Below, piece by piece: positions 26,765-39,067 of a stretch of DNA of 64,000 nucleotides. The notes under the pieces were generated by a model. The model ran no database searches. It was not told where the DNA came from and saw only the letters and a program-made list of their open reading frames with translations. Numbering within the stretch: position 1 is the first letter of the stretch; each line of letters begins with the position of its first letter. Origin of the DNA: Phoronis australis (taxonomy: Eukaryota; Animalia; Phoronida); NCBI GenBank assembly GCA_002633005.1, contig NMRA01000344.1, positions 1-64,000 on the forward strand, in the 5' to 3' direction. The translations under genes were made by a program, and so were the position numbers.

Positions 26765-27493
26765 TGTCAGAATATAGTCTGACAGTATTATTAGTTGTAT
26801 TGTTTTGTTTTGTTATTCAGTTTGGTTGGCATGACCCCTGAGTTAAGTACAGTGATGATGTAATTTGTTTACTACAGTATAGTGTGGAACTTTCTAGAAG
26901 ACTCTAGCATGACAGTGATTAATGCAGTCTGGAATATTCTAGAGAGTAGTATATGTTTGTAGAATGATTGGGTAGATTCAGGAAAGTTCTAGAATGTGCT
27001 TGAATTGATGTAAAGTTCCAGAACAATGCATTAGGCTATAAATACACAAGCACAGGTTTGTGTTAGTCAGAAAAAGTCAGTTGAGTCCAAGAAGATCAAA
27101 TCGGGAGATCAAGTCAGTTCAAGAGAAGATCAAGACGGGAGATAAAGTAAGTTTAAGAAAGTTTATCAAGAGAACTACAGTTGAGTTTCAGTGAAGAGAA
27201 TCAGCAGTTACAGCGATAGTCAATAGAGAGCCAGCTATAGAGACAGCAGGTTATTGAATCCGCGAGTTGCTGGAAGTATCTCAGAAGTTCAACACAAGTC
27301 AAGGCTTCGCAGCACTGGCTGGAGCATACACAGACATTACGTCGGACGTTTTGTTTGAGTAGGCTTGTGAACGTACGGTCGGGATTAATAAAGGATTAAC
27401 TCGAACCCGTCTTCAGACAATCTTCACACCGAAAGCTATTAGCACCGGTCTGTAACAACCTGCGCCCACCCACACACGGGGAAAAACGTGACA
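26765..27493 (+). mobile_element. Solo LTR (729 bp) of an LTR retrotransposon
   Basis: TGTCA...TGACA termini, exact 5-bp TSD ACAGC (26760-26764 and 27494-27498), TATAAATA near 27037, AATAAA near 27387. Confidence 0.88.
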
Positions 27494-27779
27494 ACAGCTC
27501 CACAGCATTATTAATTTATAAATAAATCAATAACATAAATGAAATATTTAAGCTCGAAACTTCGCAAGGGCACAGCATCTCAGTGGCTGAAAATGTTCTC
27601 AATGTTCAGAGAGGCCGCAACTCATTGTCCAGTGAGCAAAAGCTCCTCACTGCAAGTCTCGCGAGTCATGCATCTCCGGAACGCAGCCCCGCTGGCTGAC
27701 TGATAATTGATGACCACCGTTTCAACACTTTATCGACTAGTGACCAAGACAAGTAACAATCGAGCAGGTCGCTGATGTT

Positions 27780-29390
27780 ATAAAAACGTAGTCCGGCGCC
27801 CGTCCGGCGTCCGGCGTCCGCTGCTCTATCGCCAAAACCGTTTGACGTATGTTCATGAAATTTTGCACACGAGTTTATTTTGTTGATGGGACGGCATGAG
27901 CGAACTTTCAGACGGATCCCATTACCGGTGGCCCCCTAGTGGCAATTTTAGTTTTTTTGCGTTTACATCTTAGTCTGTATCTTCAAAGGTCCTCAACGTA
28001 TTTTCATAAAACTTGGTGTATAGGCATCTATTAGTAAGACGACGGTATCCTCTTGTTTTTGGATGGATTCGACGTAGTTTGCGCCATATAGTGGCCTTTT
28101 TACTGTTTTCTAGTCTGTTTTTTTGACGTCCACCTCTCTATCAACCAAACAGCTCTAAGTATGATTGTGAAAAATTGGCATGTATGTTCTTACTATGAAG
28201 AAGACGGTTGACGATGATTTTCCGACGACTTCGACTACTGTGGCGCCTCCTAGTTGCAGTTTTGTTGTTTTGCGCCTATGGCTATATCTCCTAAACCGTC
28301 TGCAGCATCATTACTAAACTTAGTAAGTGCATTTATATGATGTTGACAATGGACGACGAATGACTTTCGGACAGATCGGACAACTGCTGTGTCACCTAGT
28401 GGCAATTTTATTTTTTTACGTTTACCTCCGTATCTTCAAAGTCCTTAACGTAATTTCATAAAATTTGGCGTACAGCCTTCTAGTGGCCATTTTTACTGTT
28501 TTCGAGTCGTCTGTTTTTTGGCGTCCACCCCTCTATCAACCAAACCGATTTCAGGATAATTGTGATGACTACTATGGCGCCTCCTAGAGGCTGTTTCTTT
28601 TTTGCGCCCATGGCTGTATCAACTAAACCGTATGCAGGATCTTTACCAAATTTAAGTGTTTTTATATGATGTTGACAACGGACGACGATGATTTTGGGAT
28701 GCATCCGATTATTCGTATGCCCCCTGTTGGCAATTTTGGTTTTACGTTTACCTCTGTATCTTTAAAGGTCCTCAACAGATCTTCATAAAATTTTGAAGAC
28801 CGGCATCTATTGGTGAGATGACGCTATCCTCCCGCTTTTGGATGAAAACAAGGTACTTTGCACCACCCAGTGGCCATTTTTGCTCTTTTCGAGTCTGTTT
28901 TTGGCGTCTACCTCTCTTTAAACCAAATCATTCTAAGGATGGTTTTGAAAATTGGCGTATATGTTCTCAGTGTGAAGAGGACAGTTGATGATGACGACTC
29001 TGGCGCTTCCTAGTGGTAGTTTTGTTTTGTTTTGAGCCCATAGCTGACTCTCCTACACCCACTGCAGTATCTTTATTACATTTTTTAAGTTTATTTATTT
29101 GAAGCTAAATGCAGACAATGACGACTTTCAGGCGGATCCAATGAACACTGTGCCCTAGTGGCAATTTCATTTTATTCTGTTTTTCTTTGTTTCTCTGAAG
29201 TTCCATGACCGATTTCTATGATATTTAGTGTTTAGCTTCCTATTAGAGAAGCAATGACATGTTCCCGTTTTCGGACGGATTGCTTTTTTGCACCATCTAG
29301 TGGCCATTTTTATGACACAAATAAGTAACGCTAACACACCATTTGCGATGCATTCGTGGGCGCATTTCAACGCTCCGCGTTGCACTTGTT
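27780..29390 (+). repeat. Helentron/HINE-like repeat, family A, copy 2
   Basis: CGTCCGG microsatellite, 0.3-0.45 kb internal tandem units, 3' GTGGGCGCAT subterminal repeat, hairpin CAACGCTCCGCGTTG and CTTGTT end. Confidence 0.75.
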
Positions 29391-29512
29391 ACCAAAGAAA
29401 TCGCTGCTACCTTGAGTGAGGTGTTCATCGCCTACATCAGTTTATCAATGTTGTGACCTCGAGAAGATTGCCGTAAGATAATTGCAGTTCTGCTATGTAA
29501 GTGCTAGTTTAC

Positions 29513-29677
29513 CTGGACATGGAGGTTCGGCGCATTCCCTTATCTTGATATTGAGACCAGGGCACCTAGCTTCACCGAACAGTGGGTTCAGGCACGATCT
29601 CACTCGGATTTGGAAGCCGGGCCCGCAAGAGGAGGAGCATTCGGACCAACTGCCGTACTCAGTCCACGTGCCATCAT
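29513..29677 (-). CDS. Thrombospondin type-1 repeat exon, probably of the same ADAM-like gene
   Basis: ATTTCAG acceptor, GTAAAC donor; 165 nt, phase 1-1, compatible with the preceding exon; DGTWTEYGSWSECSSSCGPGFQIRVRSCLNPLFGEARCPGLNIKIRECAEPPCP is a complete TSP1 motif. Confidence 0.88.
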
Positions 29678-31119
29678 CTGAAATATGAATCTTCATTAGA
29701 ATCGTTCCCACTTGGTACTTTACTCTTGGGTGTGATACCGCCCATGATCCGACAAAAAGTTTGGTGCATGTGCATTTGACGTAAAATGTAACAACTACGT
29801 AAAATGTAACAACGTGTTACATTTTAAGAGAGGCTTAGGAACGCATAATGTAACAGTGACGTAAAATGTAATACGAAATTGTTATACTTAAAAGCGCATC
29901 ATGGCCGTCGGTGCTCATTACGGTTTTAAACATTTAGTGGTTGTCTGAACCCCTGTATAGTCGGTGGGCCAGATCTCATAGCGTTCATCCTTGTGAGTAC
30001 TTTGGGGGGCAACCTAGTTCCCACGTCTACACTTAGACATTTTTTATAAATGGTGTTTTTGTTGCACAAAATATTATGCACATTCCTGTCACTTGGTGGC
30101 GCGCTTCTATTGAATTGACCAATCAGAGAGCCAGAATGTATTGTTGTGCTTAGTTACTTCAATATGGCTGCTCCCATGGAGTGTGATGCCTGTATAATTC
30201 AAGGTTTATCAAACAGCACAAAATTGTGATGCCAGAACCTGAAGAAGCTTAGAGAAGCATCCTGACGAAAACTGATGGACTGTGGAACTCTGCAGATGAG
30301 TAGATCAAAAAGAAGAAGAGGTGTCACAAACGTTTGTGCAGAAAATAGCTGCATGTCCTGGTATAGCCTATACACAGTGTACTGCTGTAGAAGACCAAGT
30401 GTCAGACCAAAAATTGAAAGGACATAGAAAGGCATAGCAACGGTTCAAGACATCAGCAGTAGTACTAAAGCTGAAGCTGCTGAAAGTGATACAGATGTTA
30501 CCCAAAATTATCCAAGAAAATCCATTAGACTACCGAAATCTGAAACACCTAATTAACCTGAACAAGATAGGACCATTCTGAAACACGAGTGCATTATTTG
30601 TTAGCAGAAAAAGTATATTATGGACCACATTTCACGAAAGAGAAAGAAGTAACAACTTTCTAGCTTTGAAAAACAGGGACGTATTTTTGAAATGTACATC
30701 TTGGTGTTTTCCAAGTGTGTTTCAATGTTATCACCAGCTGTTTTTTTACCTTGTTCAGTCTCTTGGCTGCCTAGGCCTTAGACAATACCGCTGACCCAGT
30801 AGAGACGGTGATCATACCATAGGTACTCCATATGCCGGATGCTTTTCGGCAAATTATGCATCACACTGGTTAAACCATAAATCATGTTCCTGTAAGTTTA
30901 GAAGTACCGCGTAGAGAGGTGCGTCTGAGGAGGCCGTTAATGTATTTCATTTGTTCCCAGTTTAAACATATACTCCTGCAATCCTGTTTTTCGAACTCAC
31001 TTGTTCAGTTGCCATTTCGACACGGCTTGCGCCAAGGGATAACCGTTTGGCGTTATACTGTGGGTTTGATTTTTTAAAAGCTCTTTAAGTCAAAAATGTT
31101 TGAGAAGGTTAAATGGCCC

Positions 31120-32171
31120 CCCTTATGAAAACGCTTCCGGAAATTATAATCCCAAAAGCCAGTGAGAATCTCACTGAATTCCAGTTAGATTCCAGTGAGA
31201 ATCTAACTAATTAAGATGCCATTTAAATTAGCGAGAAAAACATTCTCACTCTAGTGAGCATACAGTTATATTCCAGTTAGAATTCAGTGAGAATCTAACT
31301 AATTTGCATAGCATTCCCACTCAGTGAGAATCTGTGTTACTGAAATTCTCACTCAGTAGGAATGCTATATGCAAATTAGTGAGAATTTGTGTTACTGAAA
31401 TTCTCACTGAGTGAACATCTCACTGGGTGAGAATTTTGGTAACCAAAACAATGCTTATTTTTGTGAGTTTATCTTGAAATTTGACTAAGGATACAATGTA
31501 ATTGCAAATTGTGAAATATAGCAGACATAAACTAACAACTATAATGTCTTTGGTGAATCAGTAAAATACTGAAAACTCAGCTGTCAACACAGAATGAAGA
31601 CATCAGTCTAATACTGGTGCTTCATGCACTCTACTAGATGTAAGAAATGTACTAACCTTAAGCTTACTAACACACAAAATCAGTCCTGGGTCCCTCTGGT
31701 TGACTTGCAGACAAACTGTTCAGTAATTTCACAATATTTTTGAGAAAAAATCAACAATCTTCAAGCATTTCTCCAACTGCTCATTCTTGGCGTCATTTTA
31801 GTTTGAATTCAGAAATCTGATTCAACTGAAATTTTCACAGTTACAGCCAATCAGGGTGTTTTTTATCTTAAATTCTCACTGAATTCTCAATCCAATTTTG
31901 GCAAGTCCAAATTCTCACTCAATTCTCACTCAGATTTTTTCTAAGTCTGAAATTCTCACTGATTCTCACTCAGAATTTTTCTAAGACCAAAATTCTCACT
32001 TGATTCTCATTGTTACATAACATTTTCCCACTATTTTCTCACTGACTGCCCCTGTTGTTCAATTCCCACTGGTTCCCACTGGCATTTCTAACTATAATTG
32101 GTGATTTAGTGAGAATTTAACTGGAATCTAACTGGAATCCAGTGAGATTCTCACTTTCTTTTTCGTAAGGG
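31120..32171. mobile_element. EnSpm/CACTA-like foldback element
   Basis: CCCTTATGAAAA ... TTTTCGTAAGGG termini and many ATTCTCACT / AGTGAGAAT subterminal repeats in both orientations. Confidence 0.7.
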
Positions 32172-32634
32172 GGAGTAGATGCTTGCAATCAACATGCCCA
32201 AGTGGCCTTCATCCCCTGCCGTAATCCTGGGATAGGGGGAACCACTTCTCAATTTTTTGAAAACATTAATTACTTAGGTAGCTTCAATGTTAATTAAATT
32301 AAAGTGCCTAAGTGGCCAGTGCCCCCATTGTAATTTGAGGACCGTGGAAGCCATTGTCCATTTCATCAAACATTGATTACCTTAAGTGTAAATCTATTGA
32401 CTATGTTATGAGCATTTGATTTAAAAAAAATAAATTTCAATCACTGCACTGGTATATCAGCTGATTTATTTTCAGTTGCATCAACTAATCTAATTATTAG
32501 ATGATGAACATTTTTAGGCGACTGATCTGACGGCATGTAAATTTGTTTGGATGGTGGTGGATCAGTTCCTGATAAGTCCGTCTGAAAAATTTGCATGCCA
32601 ACTCACTCATTGTTAAATGTTAAATAAATCTTAA

Positions 32635-33593
32635 ACAGTACACACCATGGATTTTTGCACATTTTGAATTACTGGTGGCCACAGACTAAATGTATGACGT
32701 AAAATTTAACTAAACCCATGTTTATTTTGCGTAATTAGCTCAAAATTTTGATTTTTCTTTCAATTTTGCCAATTTTCACATTTCCCGCCATGTGACGTCA
32801 TGGGTTGAACACAAGAGATCAGTGACTAGCATTGAACAATGGCGGAGACCAGGGAATTTGAAAGTGACGACGATTATGAGCAAGAATTGAACGAATACTA
32901 TGAAGAAACGTATGAGAATGGTGGCCAGGATGAGGAAATGGGGTTGCACGAAAGCGAGGACAAGTTTAATGTGCTTCCGGCTGCGTACTTTTCTACTTTG
33001 AGCCTTATGAACTGGATCCTCCCGCGAGAGAAGCGGCCTCGGGCTCGGCGAGTAAACCCAGTCATCCAACAGACGATCCTGAATTAAGAGCTGATGTTTC
33101 TGAATGATAAATATTGTCCTTTATTGAACCAGGCCTTCATCGTCTCCTGTGACTGGAGTCGAAACACGAGTCCTCAAAGTGAGCAGAACACAGAGTGACC
33201 CCGGACCGAATCGCTTGGTCCACGACGACGTCCCACACTCTCGTTCGGCGCACGAAGTCATGCCACTTCTGCGCAACTTTGGTGTCCTTTGGAACACCGA
33301 GACGTTTTCCGCCTGGCTGCTGTTGCTGCAGCCTCCGGAAACACATCTTTTGATCCCTCTACGAACCTTCTCGACGCTAAATGTACTTTGCATTCTCTTC
33401 ACTCTATACACTTTGTCCCTGATCCGAACGGTACGGCGAACGACCTGGGTTCAACCCATGACGTTGTACATAATTATTATTTTTTTTCAATTTTTGCGTG
33501 TTTCTTTATGAGCTGTGCACTAAAGGCACTGAAATCAAGTAAGATATAATAATAAAATTTATTTTGAGGTACTAGAGTCATGTTGTGTACACT
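32635..33593. mobile_element. Kolobok-like internally deleted element A (THAP relic on minus, acidic ORF on plus)
   Basis: TTAA flanks; TIR ACAGTACACACCATG versus AGTGTACACAACATG; THAP motif KRCVSGGCSN...PKDTKVAQKWHDFVRR...LCSAHFEDSCF with a frameshift (33140-33355); convergent acidic ORF at 32839-33087. Confidence 0.75.
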
Positions 33594-33597
33594 TTAA

Positions 33598-34882
33598 AGA
33601 GTTCCTACCATAACCCTGTGTTACAGAAGGAATTTCATTATTACATCTTAACAGATTTAATAGCCTTTAGTACACCTGTTGCTACGAAACAAGCTAAAAA
33701 TATATTTTTCTGTTACCGAGTTTGTACGCAATGGGTGGAAGACCGCCTCACCCGTTGTTGTTTTACCAGTGCGATACTGTGGAGTTGTGAAGAAAGTTCG
33801 CGGGGAGCCGTCTTTTTCAGACATGAAAAGGTGCGTTTGTGGAAACTGTGGTAACAACAACTTGACTGAGAACGTCTCTGTGTTCAAATTTCCTAAATAC
33901 GTGAAAGTTGCACAGAAATGTCATCGGTTTGTCATGGGCGGCGAACTATAGGGGCCTGGGGTAGGGCTATAACCCCCACTTTTTCAGGGCTAAGCCGCCC
34001 CATGGTCTATAGGCGGTGCACCACAGGAGGGCTGGGGGGTTAGCCCCCCCTTTTTTCAGTGCTGTGCCACCCATGATTGTGCGCCGAACGAGAGTGTGGA
34101 GTGTCAGTGTGGAACATGAGATTCAGTTTGACGTAAGCCACACTTTGATCGGCACATATCAAAGAATCGTGTTTCGACCACACACATAAGAGGCGTTACA
34201 ATGAAGGACTCACCACCAAGTAAGTGCATTTGCAAATTTTGTAAATAACGAACAAACTGCTTCCATTCTAGGGCGAGTGATGCCAGGCCCTGGACCCCGG
34301 CCCAGATCGAGTGCTACTACAAATAGGCTTATGCATATTGTGTTTAGACTTTGCTCATTCCATCACGGCAATAGTGAATAAGAGTAACCCAGGTTTGCTG
34401 TGGCCTTTGTCAGTAATTATTAAGTTCTATTTTGTGAGTATTGACCACCCCTTGGTAGAGTTGGTTGTGGCTCACATATGTCATTTTTCGTGCAAGTGGG
34501 TCGAATTCATACGGCCTCAAAGCCGACGAAAGTTCGCTCAATGGGAAATCGAGTTCATTGTCTGATTCTTCAATTACTTGAGTGTGATGCCCGTATCCAC
34601 TCTCCTCTCTGTCTACATAATAATTGTCCAATTCTCGCCCAATATTGTCATTGTCTTCTAACTTGCAGTGTTCCAACATTGCAAATGATTGTCAAGCGCC
34701 CAACCGTGTTCCACCCATTGCATCATTTGGCGGGAAAGTTAGAAATAAGTATTTTTTCTTCAATATTAAAAAGTTGCGACTATTTGGCATAAAAAGTGCC
34801 TATTTAGCAAGATTTTATGGTATTCGATTCATATTAGCTAACTGACACCTGAAAAAGTAAGAAAATGCATGGTGGGAACTCT
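33598..34882. mobile_element. Kolobok-like internally deleted element B (THAP relic on plus, acidic ORF on minus)
   Basis: TTAA-AGAGTTCCTACCA ... TGGTGGGAACTCT-TTAA; MKRCVCGNCGNNNLTENVSVFKFPKYVKVAQK THAP start at 33823; minus ORF 34410-34679 with LRPYEFDP. Confidence 0.8.
33933..34075. mobile_element. 143-bp MITE inserted in the THAP relic of element B
   Basis: CATGGGCGGC ... GCCACCCATG; removing it restores FVRRTRVW as in element A; TTGT duplicated. Confidence 0.8.
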
Positions 34883-35494
34883 TTAACAGTTCGGGTTTTT
34901 TCAGTTGGACAACAGCTTAGTCCAGGGCCCTGAATATGAAAATGAAATTCAAAGATAAAGACCTTGTATCTTAGAAGCCAAGTACCACAGATCATTATGC
35001 TACGAAAAATAGAAAGACAAAGATTGTGAATAGTGACAAATCCAGTTTTCAGAGATGTTTTTCTACGGTTTTGTTTGGAGTTCATTGAATCAAAGCTTCT
35101 AACACATGGAGATGTCATTTGCCTTTTTCAAAACTAAAGCAAGACGTTGAAGCTGTTCTTCAGAAAGTTGGTGTGCATGAAGTTATTTAGACAGGCAGTC
35201 TTAAGAAACGACTGTTGAAGCTACTCACTGTTGTAGTTTGTGCCCGACTAAGGGATACGACAGTGAATGGAGGCTAGTGTTCAATAATTCACTTGCTGAC
35301 TCTAATTAACACAGCCCATTATAGCATATTTTGAATTAAACGTGTGCCCAAATCCTGCCCGCCTCCAAACAAGAACTTAGTGTTTAACCCTTCATCGCCT
35401 GCGGGCCAATCATCAGTGTGCAATGCACTACCCTCTCTAATCGACCATAGTTGGCTCCTTGGCGGTGGAGCTTTGCAGTTAAAATGTATGGCAA

Positions 35495-36463
35495 TGCCCG
35501 CAGCTCCATTGACAGTACTAAACGATGAATGCTGCAAGTGCAAAAAGAACATGTGTGCTGGGAAACTGAGTTTGTGCTGCAATTCTGGGTCAAACTGTAC
35601 AGAAATGTGCAGCTGTGACAACTGTAGTAACATCAGCAACACTGACTGCATAACATTGGATAGTTCTTTGACCAGACTATCCCAAATAGACCTCCAACCC
35701 CGTTATTTCGTTTTTTTTGTATTAAAAAGTGAATTTTATTTGTTGATTAAGTCATAGAAAGTACGTACTTTGGTCATTGTCATGTATTTGTCTCATACTG
35801 CTTGATAAATGCTGTCAGAATAATCTATTATTTTAACAGTCCGTGTGCACATTCACTGAGATCATTCAACTATATTGCTTTTGTACTATAACGTATTTCT
35901 GGTGTATTGTGCAAACAAGCTATATTACTGCAGGTGCCATCACTACCGACTGGATCAACCTGGAAAGAGGTATCGTAANTGCCCGCAGCTCCATTGACAG
36001 TACTAAACGATGAATGCTGCAAGTGCAAAAAGAACATGTGTGCTGGGAAACTGAGTTTGTGCTGCAATTCTGGGTCAAACTGTACAGAAATGTGCAGCTG
36101 TGACAACTGTAGTAACATCAGCAACACTGACTGCATAACATTGGATAGTTCTTTGACCAGACTATCCCAAATAGACCTCCAACCCCGTTATTTCGTTTTT
36201 TTTGTATTAAAAAGTGAATTTTATTTGTTGATTAAGTCATAGAAAGTACGTACTTTGGTCATTGTCATGTATTTGTCTCATACTGCTTGATAAATGCGGT
36301 CAGAATAATCTATTATTTTAACAGTCCGTGTGCACATTCACTGAGATCATTCAACTATATTGCTTTTGTACTATAACGTATTTCTGGTGTATTGTGCAAA
36401 CAAGCTATATTACTGCAGGTGCCATCACTACCGACTGGATCAACCTGGAAAGAGGTATAGTAA
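35495..36463. repeat. Near-identical 485-bp direct duplication around a single N (likely assembly artefact)
   Basis: 35495-35978 repeats at 35980-36463 with about 2 mismatches seen; junction is an N at 35979. Confidence 0.85.
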
Positions 36464-38345
36464 CTGGATGTACCATCTCTCCTACTCTGTTCATCATGGG
36501 GATGAATTTTCTGATAAAGGCCGGAGAAAGGGAATGTAGGGGTCCGATGCTACAATCCGGTATCGTGGTGCCTGTAGTTGAAGCAATTATGGATGACTTG
36601 ACAATAACTACAGTGACGCATGTGCAAGCTCGTTGGGCTTTGGCAGCACTAGATGAAGTTCCAACGTGGGCTCGTATGAAGTTTAAACCCAGGAAGTCGA
36701 GACTTCTGATAATGAGAGGTGGGAAAATGGTCGACAGATTTACCTTGACCATTCAAGGCGAAGAAATTCCATCAATTGTTAACAACCCCATCAAGTGCCT
36801 AGGTAAATGGTACGATGATCTCCTGTGCGACAAGAACAACATCAAGCAGATGGAGACTCAGGTGACGGAGTGGTTGAAGAGAATAGTGAAAAGCGGTCTT
36901 CCTGGCAAGTACAAGGCATGGATTTACCAGCACGGGCTGTTACCTCGAGCAACGTGGGGTCTTATGCTGTATGACTTCCCGATATCGGCAGTAGAGTGCC
37001 TGGAGAGAACAGTAAGCAAGTGGCTGAGGAAGTGGTTGGGTGTCCCAAGAAGCTTCACACAGGTTGGTCTTTATAGCAGAACAGCAGAGCTGCCTCTAGT
37101 GCCAATCACGGAGGAGTTTAAAGTAGGGAAGTGCAGGCTGGTTCTCACATTATGGGACTCTAGAGATCCAAAGGTGAGGGATGCTGGTGTCATGACGAGA
37201 TCAGGGAGACGGTGGTCAGCAGACACACCTGTGAGTCAGGTGGAGGGTTTGTTACAGGTCAGAGATATAATTGGTAGCACCTGCGTAGGACGCCAGGGGT
37301 TGTGGACATCCCAGTTCCAACAGTGGGAGAAGGCGAGTGAGAGGCAGCGGAGGGGGATGGTACAAGCTGAGGTGAGAGCTGCAGAGGAGGAAGTCCGTAA
37401 AGCCAAGGCAGTCCAACTAAGCTAGCAGGGAGCATGGACCAGGTGGAATCTTCCAGAGAGGAAGATATCATGGGCAGACGTGTGGAGTATGGAGCCAATG
37501 CGTGTCCAGTTTTTACTTCGCTCGGTTTACGACGTGTTACCATCGCCTGCAAACCTTCTTCGCTGGGGCCTAGTGGATGACCCAGCCTGCCAGTTGTGCG
37601 GAGGAAGAGGTACATTGGCCCACATCTTATCAGGGTGCAAAATGGCACTGCAGCAGGACCGATACAGATTGCATCATGACCAAGTACTGAAGACCCTTGC
37701 AGACATCATAGATGGAGAGCGTAAGATAAGAGTAACTCAGCCTAGGGCAAGCAGACAGCACATACAATTCGTCAGGGAAGGTGAGATACGGAACAAAGTC
37801 ACGTCAGCAGCCTTGCATCCTGGATGGATTAAGCTGGGAAAAGAGAGTACATCTGGGAAGAAAGCTTATGTTCCCGAGTGTTGTGGTAACATCACTGCGG
37901 CCTGACATCATTCTGTGGTCGGATATTCATCAATGTATAGTGATTATAGAGCTTACGGTGCCTTGGGAGGAAGGATGCGAAGAGGCCCATGAGAGGAAGT
38001 TATCTAAGTATAGCGAGCTGGCGGAGACATGCAGAGCTCGAGGCTGGCAAACTTGGTTGTTTCCTGTAGAGGTGGGATGTAGAGAATTCCCTGCAAGATC
38101 TGCACGGTATTTGCTGGAGAAGCTTGGTGTGCGAGGGGGAAGGAAGAAAGCTGCAGTGAGAAGACTGGGCGAGACAGCTGAAAGGACATCTTGTTGGCTG
38201 TGGTACCGCCGGAATGAAGGAAGTTGGAGGCCTCAGTGATGCACAGTGGGTTGGCCGCCGCTGTTTATCCACCAGTGGAGACCGTTATGGTCGAAACGAG
38301 TCAAGGAAGCTGGATTCCATCTGACGACATCAAGCTACGCCTCCA
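36400..38345 (+). mobile_element. 5'-truncated non-LTR retrotransposon with RT, zinc knuckle and restriction-like endonuclease (Hero-clade-like), inactivated
   Basis: RT motifs RGIVTGCTISPTLF and IMDD; CQLCGGRGTLAHILSGC knuckle; HDQVL; LRPDIILWS...IELTVPWEE...AHERKLSKY...PVEVGCR; stop at 37423-37425 and a frameshift near 37800. Confidence 0.88.
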
Positions 38346-39067
38346 ACTAGTTAGTGTACGTCGGGTAGAAGAGAATCCTGGTTTAGCTGTTACGAAGAAG
38401 GGGCGACAAGACGTCAGACTGCATAGAAGCCTGACAAATATTGAGGCAGATAACATCACTGTAAGTACACACACATTCTACCATTAGTCAATGGTTCAGT
38501 CATTGAGGCACAGGTTTTGCCCAGCCTCAAGTGTTTTGTGTTATTTTTGTTGCCAGACAATGCCAGAATAACCTCCTAGCAACATTCAGACTTAGTTTGC
38601 ATTTCTGCCACTAGGTGTCACTTTACATTTTTTAAATTTCACTGTTAACAATTAGTCTACAATAGTAAAACATGTAGTGTGAGTATATTATTGTTCAATA
38701 CAATGACATCGATGGGTCCATGTTACTTGTTTTACAAAAAAGATAGCAAAAACTGTTGTTTTTACAAATACAAGTTCTCTAAGCTCTATGATGGTTATTA
38801 TACAACTTCAAACTCAAATTTCTCAAAAATGTGCAACTTTAAACGTGGGAACTTTTTAGAATTAATTAATAAACACCAAAATGAAATTGCCCCCCTAAAG
38901 TACTCACAAAAACCATTTTCTAGAAGCCCTACAAATTCTGGCCCACCGCCTAGTATACACACTACACTTTTTCCCACGAAACTTTTCGTATGCGGAAAAT
39001 CGTTGTTAGTAGATAGATGTTTCAACTAAAGCTTTGAGGGTGACGTTACCCTAGATGTGCACAATTA

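Larger units (their letters stand above)
29935..38964 (+). mobile_element. Decayed Academ-like DNA transposon hosting several younger insertions
   Basis: TAG...CTA termini; degenerate TIR blocks CGGTGGGCCAGA, TTGTGAGTACTTT.GGGGGCAA and AGTTCCCACGT at both ends; flanks CATT / CACT; C-terminal transposase relic LPSLIDHSW...PAAPLTVL...CCKCKK..C...CC.SG.NCTEMCSCDNCSN at 35420-35640. Confidence 0.7.

Noticed and set aside
26415-27700. Alternative terminal exons for the ADAM-like gene (DVLGYQSQ...stop near 26497; VSQRGCVP...stop near 27700)
   Set aside because: Phase-compatible, but the peptides have no recognisable features; weaker than the GPI-like exon, though not excluded without transcripts.
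33121-33951. Host THAP-domain genes
   Set aside because: Frameshifted or interrupted, and enclosed by TIRs with TTAA flanks; treated as transposon relics.
35344-36242. Tandem metallothionein-like genes (CCKCKK...CSCDNC)
   Set aside because: The Cys-rich peptide is preceded by the LPS...W...PAAP motif of a transposase C-terminus, and the second copy sits across an N, consistent with an unmerged contig overlap.
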